In this document: positions 52,117 to 63,640 of the stretch, piece by piece
Layout: every line of letters begins with the position of its first letter
How positions within the stretch are numbered: position 1 is the first letter of the stretch
Assembly: GCF_964204645.1 (NCBI RefSeq)
Contig: NC_134033.1
Location: forward strand, 10,300,655-10,364,654
Source: Tubulanus polymorphus
Lineage: Eukaryota; Animalia; Nemertea
Length of the DNA: 64,000 nt
Direction: 5' to 3'
Program-made: the position numbers and the translations under genes
Notes under the pieces: model-generated
Told to the model about the DNA's origin: nothing
Seen by the model: only the letters and a program-made list of their open reading frames with translations
Databases searched by the model: none

Positions 52117-54416
52117 CTTCCTCTCTGACTCTGATTTACAGTTTACTTGGAGTTCATTATTGTGTAATATGCTGGGTACTCCGATGTCTATATTTCCTAC
52201 TCTAGTGGACACTAGGTATGTAGAGGCAGTGTATCTGATCCCCGTCCCCAAACAACTCTTTCCTTCCAGGTATCAATTTAGATTGATTTCCACACTATGA
52301 TTCTAGTGGGTTTATTGGTAACATGAAGCCTGATATTTTAGAATAGATTCAAATAATGTCATCTGTAAGTTAATATTTCATCCTGTATTCTAATAGGTAC
52401 TTTATGTATTCTAATGTGTACTTTCCTGTTCTGATGTGTCTTTCTCGGTGGTTCTAAATACCGATCAAAAATGTCCAATACTGACCAAAACCGTCTGATA
52501 CCGACCAAAAGTAAAATTATTACCGACCAAAATTGTAACAACCACAAAAAGTAAACTATGATACCGACCAAAAGTAAAATAATACCAACCACCATAAGTA
52601 AAATAATACCAACCACCAAAAGTAAAATAATACCAACCACCAAAAGTAAAATAATACAACCACCATAAGTAAAATCGGATACCGACCAACTATAGTAAAA
52701 AACTGGCGCCCGGCCCCCGCCGGTGTGACCAAAGGTCTGACCGACAAATATACTATAATCGCACAGATAATAGGCCTATCAAATAATTTTCCATGTCTCT
52801 TCGATCGATCGACGAAGGATCGATTCAATTTCAATTGTGAGATAATTGGCAACTCTCAAAACAATGCCGCGGCCCGGCCGCGCGCCGGCAATGGCCATAA
52901 CTATTCGACTTACTTTGATCGGTGACCATCAGTTCAAATTTGAGGTAATTACAGCTTTGTTAGCCTAAAGTAATTATTTGAAATCTTTCACCAATTGAAA
53001 ACTGTAACTTGCTTATAATTGGAAGGAATCACTCACAGTGTCCGGGAGCGTGAAAGCAAACGCAATTCTACAAATTTTTCAGTTTTGAATGGCAGAGTTA
53101 GTGTATAAAGTCTATGATTATTGTATTAGCTTTGATCGGTCGTAAAAATTTCAAAGTTTTATTAGTTTTAATTCTTGATTTTTATTCGGCTTTGGGAACG
53201 GAAATCTAAATCTGGCCAAGGACGATGTTCTCAAGTGGCGCCAAGACGGATATACAAAATCATGGTCATGGATGGTGGGTTGGGCAAGATTTCCGCTGAT
53301 TTTATCCTCACAGTCAAATGTGACCAATTTTCCGGGAATTTTGGTTGGGAGGATCTTGGTCGGTGTTTGGCAGCTTTTGATCGGTATTGGACGGCTTTTG
53401 GTCAGTATCAGAAATGGTTTTGGTCTGTTTTGGTCTGTATTCAGCGGCGTAGCTACCGGTGCGGTTGCGGACATATGACAGACCAATAATTACCAAGGTG
53501 GTTCTTGTGATTCGTTCAAATGTGCATGATTAAAAAATTTGGAGGGGATTAGGTTAGGATTCGATTTTTCTCGAAGTCACAGTCCCGTGAACTGCGTTGG
53601 GGCCAGAAATTATTTTCGCCTGATCGCGGCATTTCATCATTTATCGCATCTGGCAATCGAATGCACGCAAGCAAGGTGAAGGTTGTTTTCTAAGGATTCG
53701 AACCTAACTCTTTATATGTATCTATGATTTGGATACCGGTATTGTCGAAGCCATCCTTTTCATTTGACTACACTCTCAGACATTAACAACAAACAATCGA
53801 CCGCGCGCGTGGCAGCAGTCTAGTATTATTTTGTCATTAGTCAATGCTCGAAAATGGGCCTCAGATGCCCCATGAACCACTTGAAATTTCAAAATTGTAA
53901 GGAGGAGGGCCCCAACCCCCCTTACTGAGGGGGGTTTCGATTAACCTTTATTGCCTTCTCCAATGGGGGCCCTCCTCCTTCCATTATTCGCTCCCATTTA
54001 TTCGCAACGAAGGTTCGAAGGCCCTAAGGGCCTTTGGTGCGCACAACTGCTGGCCTACCATGTCGGACCAATAAGTATTTGGTTGATACTCCCCTGGTAT
54101 TGGACGGTTTTGGTCGGTGTTTACCCTTTTTCTCTGTATTCTAATGAGTACTTCCTTGTACTCTGATGTGTATTAGGCCTACACGCTGTTCACAGGGAAT
54201 AAACTAAAGTCAAAGACAGTACACAACATCTTGTGTAGTCTAGTACCTAGTCAGTAACCTGACTGTGGTTGAGTTTCACGATCGGATATTTTCACAAACC
54301 ACATTGGTATAAGCCCATCGGATTATAAAAAGCTTAACACCAACGATTAGGTAACTAACTAGTCTAGTACCTAGCCGTTGTTACTCAAACAAGTAATTGT
54401 AGGGAACCGTAACAAC

Positions 54417-54855
54417 GGGTCATCCTTATTACCGAGATGATGTATTTTACCGAGATGAACCGAGCTGAAATGAAATATAGCATATTTATTTATTCCTTAT
54501 CGATTTTAACACTTGAAATCATGTTATATCAGTAATAAATACCTTCTAGAGTCATATTTTACTAGGCCTATTTATAATTTTAAAATATTTTGACTTCAAA
54601 TACGTAAACTCGGTTAGCAATAAAATTTCATTGAATTTGATTGATCGACGATCTCATCTCGGTAAAGTTAAGTTATTTTTCTACAAAAATATTCGACAAA
54701 ATATGTAAAATATGACTCCAGCAGGCATTTATTACTGATCCTAGGCCTAATATGATGTCAATTGTTAAAATCGATGGAATAAATAAATATGTTATATTTC
54801 ATTTCATCTCGGTTGATCTCGGTAAAATACGTCATCTCGGTAATAAGGATGACCG
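54417..54855. mobile_element. Foldback DNA element with 8-bp TSD inserted in the mini-element
   Basis: GGGTCATCCTTATTACCGAGATGA TIRs, extended internal inverted symmetry, GTAACAAC/GTAACAAT flanks; the empty-site copy is at 52047-52116. Confidence 0.8.
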
Positions 54856-55254
54856 GTAACAATGACTGGTATTCAGACTAATGTCTATTTCAACCTGACT
54901 TGAGAGCATTCCGGGTGGTCTAGCTCGCTAATTTTTGGTTGTACATACCTGATGAAGGTCTTAATAGACCGGAAAGGACAGGCAGTCGACCTAAATCATC
55001 ATTTCTTAATCCATTTGAAACTGTGTTGAAGGACATCCAAAAAGTCTTCACTGAAAGGGGTTAAATGAAGAGAAGTGACTCCATGATTTGAAAGTTTAAC
55101 AATATGTTTCCATGCCTACGTATCAAATTTCAGTTGGTAGGCATGGAGACATATTGTTAAACTTTCAAATCATGGAGTCTCTTTTCTCTCAGGAACCCCT
55201 CTCAATGCATATTTTTTGGATATCCTTCAATACAGTTTCAAATGGATTAAAAAA

Positions 55255-55731
55255 GGCAGTGGATATTTTGCCAATGCGGCATTATTCCTGTTAACGCTAT
55301 TTTGCCAATGGTGCGTTTTGATTGGCTAATTGATGCTGGGCATGCGCACAGAGGTGCGCGACTTAGAAAATTCAAGGACAGTGTGGAGAACTGAATTAGA
55401 GAAAATAGCAGCATAGAGCGGGATTCGAACCCGGACCAGCAGATTGCTAGTATAACGTCTTTCCACTAGACCACCGGGCTCACTGAAAACCACCCCTAAT
55501 TTTTCACTACATACAGCCTCACCTAACCCTAACCCTATCCCTAGGGGTAAAAACGGACCCTAATCCTCACCCTAACCCTAAACCTAATATAACCCTCTGG
55601 ACCCTAACCCTACACCCAATATAATGATGTTATTGTTATATTTTATTACTAATACTATATTTTATTATATAAAGCCATTGGCAAAATAGCGTTTACTAAA
55701 ATAATGCCGCATTGGCAAAATATCCACTTCC
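55255..55731. mobile_element. TIR element containing a tRNA-like segment and telomere-like CCCTAA repeats
   Basis: ~56-bp TIRs GGCAGTGGATATTTTGCCAATGCGGCATTATT / AATAATGCCGCATTGGCAAAATATCCACTTCC. Confidence 0.8.
55410..55480 (-). pseudogene. tRNA-derived sequence (A and B boxes, AGC at the anticodon position); not a functional tRNA
   Basis: TGGTCTAGTGG A box, paired D stem, CGGGTTCGAATCCCG T arm; acceptor and anticodon stems do not pair. Confidence 0.65.
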
Positions 55732-58050
55732 TTAACAATATGTTTCCATGCCTACGTATCAAATTTCAGTTGGTAGGCATGGAGACATATTGTTAAACTT
55801 TCAAATCATGGACATGGAGTCTCTTTTCTCTCAGGAACCCCTCTCAATGCATATTTTTTGAATATCCTTTAATACAGTTTCAAATGGATTTAAAAATGAT
55901 GATTTAGGTCGACTGCCAATGCATTCTGGTCCTTCACAAAGAATCCTAGTGTCTGATGACGATGTACCACAGTTGGTTACACCACTAGGATCGTTAGAGC
56001 AACGGAGATCACTGGTGGAGACAACCACTGCCAGTGCTGGGTGAATCTGGTCCTAATAAGACTATTATCAGGTATGTAGTACTACCAAAACTGACTGAGC
56101 TAGGCCACCCTGTAGTGTATGCTCTCAGTCTCAAGTCAGTCAGGTTGAAATAGACATTACATCTTGTGGCGCTTGCTGATGTAACTGATGATGATACCAT
56201 TCACGGGGGGTTATATGGGCTTAAACCGTACATAAACCTGTAAAACCTATAACACCACGTGAACCCGACCTCGTCACAGACTGTCACTCGATAAAATTCA
56301 CTATTAAATGCAGATGATGACCGTGACTGTTTGAAGCGACATCCATTTAGGCCTAGTGGGAAAAATGGCGCCGGATCACCGGGGTTTCCCGATCGAGAAC
56401 TCAGCAACACGGTCGATCCAATTCAATTCGATTAACATTTATTGCCTTCTCAGCGGTATAGACGGTGCACGCCGCAAAGCGCGGCCGGAAAAGATGCTCA
56501 GAAAGACAAATGATTACTTTTATACAGGGAGAAAATAAAAGATTAACCCAAGACTTACGAAAAGGACATGCGGATGTTATTTACTCGCCGGATCGAACTA
56601 GAAAATCATGAGAAAAAAGAAACTTATCCACTTCTCAACTTAAAAACTTTAAAAAACTTTTCGAAGAACGGGCAAAAAACTTCATTTTCGCACGTTTCTT
56701 ATAACAAGTTAATTCAACTTTCCTACATAAGAAATAAAAACGAAAACTCCTTTTTCATTAACTTAGTCGACTAGGTTTTCAATATTTCAGTGGCTGTCCC
56801 TAGGCCTACTAAAGTTGGATAGTCGCTTCTGTCGGATGAATATTGATGATCCCGATATTTGCCATTCTCTTTCTTAAAGGAAATTAAACACGCATTCCAA
56901 AGTTGGATATTATGAATCGGAAACTCGCATAGGCCTTTATCTACTGCTACCGGTCACTCATGTCCGCTATAACGCTGCTTCATTTTCACTGCCACTGCGC
57001 GAATTTACCGCGCACCTTTTTGAAGAATAAATTTCCTCAATCTAACTCAAATTCAATGCAAATACCATTCTTTATTTATAACGTTTCCGTCTGCCATGTT
57101 TTTCATTACACCCAAAACTGGCATCATAAAGGACTTTCACTGCACTTTTCTTCGTCCCAAAATAAAAAGTCTATTAGAATCCCCTCCCATTCTATACTCC
57201 CATTCCAGTTTGATACTTCCCTGTTCCGACCCGGTGTTCCTGGCTTGAAATCGACGATAGGCCTACACGTCAACAGTCGATATTTCAGTGTAGATAAACC
57301 CGAAGCAGTTCTTCTAGATAGTTCCTTGTAGATGTTGATTTAATTTTTCAGTTTACTGACATTATTTCTCAAGTCGTAGTATTCGAAAAGATCCTGGAAA
57401 TCCAACTATGTATTTCGTAGTCGGAGGGTTTTTCTTGGTCCCACTGTACTGTGGTATTGATATTCTAACGTCTTGTCGATTCAATACCCGTGTTTCACAT
57501 CAGCCCTTTTTGGGAAAGCGACGAGGGCGGTAGGTTTTTAATTTTACCACCCTTAAAAAGAGAGAAATCCTAGTCCTATTCCAAATTCCAAAAGTGATGA
57601 CTGGGGCATTTCTGTAATCGGGCTGCGCATTTATAACTTTTTATTAGAAACACGCGTTTTTGCGTGCCCAGTCAGTGCATTACTCCAACCTGTTCACCAA
57701 ATGGTACGAATTCAGAATCTCGCTATGAGGAAGGTCGAGGATGACCTATCGTTGGTGATACATGTTTTTAATTGAAATGTAACCATTCTCTTATGGACAA
57801 TCTACAGAAAATACGGAAGAACAATTTGATGATAATAACCATTTCACCTCAAGTTCAACTTTCTTATGATGTTGGAGTGACAATCCTTACATTTTTTTCC
57901 AAATCGGTGGTAAAAAAGGTAAGATTAAACACACACATGTATATATCGTTGACAGAAAATTATGTTTAATGTCATAATTCATATCATTTCACCAATTCTT
58001 TGATTGTCAATCTGTAATCGGCGATCGTATGGAATAGTTAGGCCTACTAG

Positions 58051-58385
58051 TTATACGTTATCAGCTTTGCCAACGACCTTCGAGCTTTCCAGCCACGGAA
58101 AAAAACATCGTTGCTCAATAATATCAACACGTGATTTGGTAACCATTGAAATACCGGGGCCGCCGAAAACTTGTCGTCGCCGTTTGCGTGTATGCATGTC
58201 AGCTGGAAATTCGGAAAAGCAATACAGATACTCTACCAGGCCACTTTCTACACGGGACCTGGCAAGGCGAATGGAACAGTTTACCCTGCGATTCGAATCC
58301 CGATCCTATTCCGAGGGCGTCGTCCATATTTCCTTCGAAACGTCTGGCGTCGTTACCGACATCGATGTTCATACCTCTTACTTGT
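58051..58385 (-). pseudogene. Diverged partial duplicate of the last exon of the secreted toxin-like gene
   Basis: Aligns to 58702-59035; frameshift after CRKWPG; the 3' flank is also duplicated (~57720-57990 vs ~58408-58670). Confidence 0.85.
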
Positions 58386-58701
58386 TGATCAAATGATGCG
58401 AATATATGTCGCTATGAGGAAGGCCGAGGATAACTTATCGTTGGTGATACCTTTTTAATTGCAAGAATACTCTGTTATGGGACAGAAAGGAGGAACAAGT
58501 TGACGATTATAAGCATTCCACGAGTTCAACTTTCTTGCATTGTTAAGTCACAACCTTAGAACTTTTTCGATTCCAGCGACAAAATGGGAAAATAAAACAG
58601 CTATCAGTTGTATATATTGCTGACAAGAATTATGTTTATTGTCTTATTTTAATTCACATCAATTAATTCAAAATTTAGAATTCGCGTCGAATAGTTAATA
58701 G

Positions 58702-61700
58702 TTATACGTTAGTAACTTTAGTTACGACCCTCGGGCCTTTCAGCCACGGGAAAAAACATCGTTGCTCGATAATATCAACACGTGATTCGGTAACCATTGA
58801 AATACCGGGGCCGCCGTAAACTTTTCGCCGTTTGCGTGTATGCATGTCAGGTGGAGATTTGGAAAAGCAATACAGATAATCTTTACCCGGCCACTTTCTA
58901 CACGGGACCTGGCAAGGCGAATGATACATTTTACCCTTCGATTGGAATCCCGATCCTATTCCGAGGGAATCGTTCATATTTCCTTCGAAATGTCTGGCGT
59001 CGTTACCGACATCGATGTTCAAACCTCTTACTTTATCGAGAATACCGTTGTATGGTTTAATGAGTAAAGCGTTAATTAACATTTCTGTTTCGTCCGCGAT
59101 GCTGTGCAATTGCTTGAAATCTTCGAATGTAGCGTGTATGGTTGATTTGGTTACCTGGTCTTCTAACTCGTAGTAGGAGCCACCCCATCCGTTTTCTAAT
59201 TTAGTGGGCACCATCGTCCTCGGGCCGAATCTATCCTACAATGCAAGAACACCGAAAATTGATATTCTTTGAACATTTATTTTTTGGATAATGCTGTCAA
59301 GCAGAAAATGCTAGATTCAGAAGTTGTTCTGAGTTTTTATCTTATACTCAGTTTCACAGTTCTTCGTCAAGTTTAAATCCATTTCTACGATTGAACCCCA
59401 GAGCCGTTACGTAGTAACTACATGTGTTATATAATAGTTTAGGGCATCTCCCCTTATGGTACAGCGGCTCCAGCTTGGAGATGTCCTTCATTCAAAGAAA
59501 AAATGTGGGATCAGTGGACGAAGTCTCACAGTTATATTCAACCAATCAATGGTTTGACTAGTGGTCCAAGTATATCTTTGCTAAACCACTATAAACATAT
59601 AGTGTTGTGGCTGATTCGGGCCATATAGTAAAAATAATTTCTTAACAGCTAGAGAATAGAAACGATAGAAAAATTTTCACATTTGGTTCTCTCGCGCGAG
59701 AATTCAAAACGTTAGGTTTTCTCGCGCGAGAAAACAATTATTTTGGCTTTCTCGCGCAAGAATTCAAAAGGTTTTGTTTTCTCGCACGAGAAAAAAAAAT
59801 GGGCCAATGTAAAAAACATTTTTATCCAGCCTTTAATCTAGCCAGTCAGAAAAATTTTTCAAACCAAAATGTTTTGTTTTCTCGTGCTAGAAAACCAAAA
59901 AACGGACCAATGTGAAAATTTGTTGTCGTTGCTCCAGCCGTACAGAAAGATTTTTTACTATGGCCCGAATCAGCCACCATAATATAGGCAATCCCTTGAG
60001 AAATAGATATAATACCTTAAACGTCTCGAAAGCAGTCGATTCAACAATTCGTGTCATGCTTTTCATAAAGGTTTCAAGGTCGTGAAACCAGTTGTTTTTC
60101 CAGGTCGGATGTCTGAGTGTGTTCAACTCTTTAACCAATGTGATATACACGAGGCAGAACGATGGGATACCGCTCAAAACCCCCACATCGAAAGCAATCT
60201 CCTCAAATCTTTCTAGATCATACCTGTTGGTGAATATGATAATGAATAAGTTCATTGGAAGGAATTTGTTAGAATGAAACGCACGATTATGCTGGATCAA
60301 CATGACCCTTTAAAGGCCTTCTGCAAATAAGAACGAATGGACTATCCTTTAATGGACTATCCTCGAACTAACTTTCGAAGACACTTCCGTGTGAAGGAGA
60401 TGTAGTTGCAGTACTGTAGTTTTTACCTCTGTTTGAAGGTGTTCAACATAGTTGCTAGTTTTGAAAGCTCCGCTCGTTTGAATTCTATCGAATATTGCGA
60501 ATTAGAATTTATCAATTCCGACATGCGTCTAACAACAGCTCCCAGTTTAGCTGCCATTGAGTCTTCGTTGTGCGACGTTATTTTAGTCGCGATTGCCGAA
60601 TGAACGAGTCCTTTGATTTCATCCCAAACTGACATCTGCTCTCGGTTCTTGAACTTCGTGAAAAAACCATTTAAAACCAGCATGGCTACCGATGCGGGGG
60701 CGAACGGCGCGGAGATTGACATGAAAACTGCGGTGTTGGTGTACAGGAAGTCCACCACAGTCATAGCGTCGGTACTTGTGGTTTCCTTCGCTGGAAAGAA
60801 AATGATTAAATTCAGCGAACAAAGAAAGCGAACACCAATCTTTGGAATGAAGTAAAGTACTATACTATGGTGTTTAGAGCACCTAGCAGTTTACCAATTT
60901 CCCTAGTCCCCGGTTAGGTATGAAAGGTATAATTACTAGTACATGTACATTCGAATGTGTTATTCCTTCAGTGAAGTATGGACAAGATCATGATAACCAG
61001 CGTAAAGTCCACGTCTACCAATACATCATTTGGTTTCATTGTTTCATGATACATTTAGAAGGTTCACGATCGACAAAATTGGGTATTGCTTACGTGGTAC
61101 ATCGCTGATTTTCTGGTAGGTGACGATTTTATTGTTCGTAGACACCTCGTTGCAGCTTGTATAAAAGTGACAAACAGTTACTTCGTATGGCACAGCAGAC
61201 ACGGCTACGCATTTTTTTCCCATTTCGAAACAACGGCGTAAACATGTAGGAACGTTTTCGAGAGTTTCTGTGGTAGGGTTTCCCTTACATTGACCGATTT
61301 TTCGTCTATAGACATCGTCTCCAGGTGGTACTGAAAATAAAAAATCCGATTTGTTTTTGATATTCAATTGGTTCATCAAACGAGACTGTAGTTAAGGCAC
61401 CCAATGTTCTAACCATGTACCCAATCATGAATGATTAAGGTTAAAAGACAAGTAGTGAGATATGCTTCAACACATCTCATTTGTAAGATCTTAAAGTAAT
61501 TTGTATATGCAATTATGCCAATGGAGGATTGGCCATGGCGAGGACAACGATGGTTTATTTCAATAATACACACACGTCTGGTCATATTCTTTTTCACATT
61601 CATAGGCTGGGGGAGTATTTGCGATCTTAGCTAGTAACGAATATAATTACGATATGCTTGGGGTTTGTTGAAAATGGTGTAGCTCAAAAAGTTGTGGTGG

Positions 61701-63012
61701 CGATCAACATCGGGTCCTTCACACAGCGAATCATACAGCGAACACTGCATATTGTCGTTTACCATGAATGCCAAACATTTCGATTCTTCGTTGCAAAGGT
61801 GCTGGCAATATACCGCTATATCTGCTCCGCCTGCCTCCGTGGATATTTGCTTCCCGGCTTTGCAACTGCCGATGTGCATTGTGTAATGCGCCAATGCCGC
61901 TGCAAAGATAAAACTTGTTTCGAAACGTATTCATGGATACCAAACAGTGGGCAAGGAAAACAGTGTCGATGAAATTGTAGAGGTCCTTGCAAAGGGTCCT
62001 TACGGAAAATTTTTGACTGCGTCTTATCCTGCCATTACGCTTTTTTAGAAATGATGATTCTGCCTGACTACAAAATTTTAACTTACCTATATTCAGAACG
62101 GGGACAGCCGTGTTTTGTAATACCATCACTTTGCATAGGGATAAACTCTGTCCGCTCGGAGTCAAAATGACGACGTATCTCCCGATTAGAATATCATAAC
62201 AGTAATTACGAGTTTCGTCCGGGGATGTTATTCCCACATATTGGCAAAGTTCCCAACCCTCTCTATTTGAACTCGCCGCCGGTTCATCGGATACGTAAAT
62301 CATGTAGTTTTTTGGAACTACAAAGAAAATTTTCAGATTTTGCCATAATAACAGACGAAGTTAAAAAAAGTAAAAGCAATTCGATCGAATATTTTTCTTT
62401 CACAAAGATCTTTGAAAGTCCACCCCGTTATAATAATTGTGAATCGACCTCGGAACAAACGAATGAAGATTATTGTCTACAGTAGGGATCTAGGAATCAT
62501 GCATGTAACCCGTATTGGGCTTGAAATCAAAGGAATTGAATATTTTAGATCCCTACGCACTGAAGTATTAGGGCTCTTAAAACGTTAAGTTATCATCCTA
62601 AAATAACATAAGCCCATGAAACATGAATATTTTGATTTACTCACTTTCGCCGTTTGCGTTTAACAAAATCTGCACAGCATTTACCATCTGCCTTTTTCCA
62701 AAATCAATTTGCCACCAACTCCCCGTATCTTCCTTCTCAGTCATCGAACAAGTCTCTCTGTCTGGATCTACTGCTTTAGAGGCGTCGCCATCACCAGCAG
62801 TCGTACTCTGAACTGCTGGCTTCTTGTCCGTTAGGTTTATGACGGCTGAAAATTATGAAGAAGGTCTATTCAACATATAGAATGCTCACTGGAAACGAAA
62901 TTATCTTCTTTTTTTCTTTTGAACACGTGTAGCCTACGTTGTACAGTCATATAACTTTACCTTCGTATGTCGCAAAATTTGCGGCGATCAACATAATCAA
63001 CAGGAGCAACAT
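58702..63012 (-). CDS. Secreted 691-aa multidomain protein: signal peptide, F-type-lectin-like domain, 2 PAN/apple-like modules, Cry domain I-like helical region, Cys-rich tail. Exons 63012-62961, 62845-62645, 62317-62087, 61899-61651, 61330-61094, 60790-60427, 60223-60016, 59235-58702
   Basis: All seven introns are GT-AG with matching phases (1,1,1,1,1,2,0); 2076 nt = 692 codons with no internal stop seen; N-terminus MLLLLIMLIAANFATYEA. Domain calls by motif recognition. Confidence 0.85.
59607..59979. mobile_element. MITE with internal TTTCTCGCGCGAGAA palindromic repeats, in the last intron of the secreted gene
   Basis: GTGGCTGATTCGGGCCATA / TATGGCCCGAATCAGCCAC TIRs. Confidence 0.75.
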
Positions 63013-63494
63013 TATTCGGTCGTCTGACAGTTTCAGTAGAATCGTGTCGAATGAACAGTTAACCGTTTATCAATAATATCATCGAATGCATTCTTTCCAC
63101 CTGTACACCTGTACACCAGGTGCCCTCTTAATGCATCGACCCAAAAGTATACCGTTTTTATGCAGTCGAAGCCCCTAGAATATTTTCGTGTTCATAGAAT
63201 TATGACTTACTAGCTACATATTTTAAAAAAACTCGATAAGATAGCTTGTCCACTATTCAATGAGGTTTCAAACCTCAGGGGCATGCGCTTTGTATCATAA
63301 GCCAATCCGATGCTGTGAATTTGTCCGCCAATAGATTCCCTGCATTTGATGAGTGATCCAAGAAAAAAGAGAAATACGCAATTATGATCAGACGTGTACA
63401 TTAAGCACTGGTCGCCGCGAGCTGCATGATTCGAACAGCCACTGTGTTCAATGATTACAGACCTAGAACTCCGGTCGTTTTTTGTTGACAACTA

Positions 63495-63640
63495 GCCTAT
63501 ATATGATATAAATATGCTATGCTAACAGGATTCCATCACAGGTAGCTGCGCCCAGAGATTCACTGCAAGACATGCACTAGGCCTTAGTCCAATCTGTAGG
63601 CCCACTGATTCAATGAGTTTCATGGCGGCCATCTTGGATT
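63495..63640. promoter_or_regulatory. Candidate promoter region: TATA-like tract upstream of the secreted gene and a YY1-like motif
   Basis: TATATATGATATAAATA at ~63498-63514; ATGGCGGCCATCTTG at ~63622; probable 5' UTR splice donor near 63210. Confidence 0.35.

Larger units (their letters stand above)
54981..55917. mobile_element. Foldback MITE (GGCAGTCGACCTAAATCATCA TIRs) interrupted by a second element
   Basis: Terminal inverted repeats and internal palindrome. Confidence 0.8.

Noticed and set aside
52359-52852. Hydrophobic repeat ORFs (VVGIILLL, GGWYYFTF)
   Set aside because: Translations of a 24-bp internal repeat of a non-coding element
55410-55480. Functional tRNA, or a suppressor tRNA because of the CTA in the loop
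   Set aside because: Acceptor and anticodon stems do not pair, AGC occupies the anticodon position, and it is embedded in a transposon
56200-57700. Possible decayed gene or large transposon end
   Set aside because: No sustained frame, recognisable motif or matching terminus found by eye
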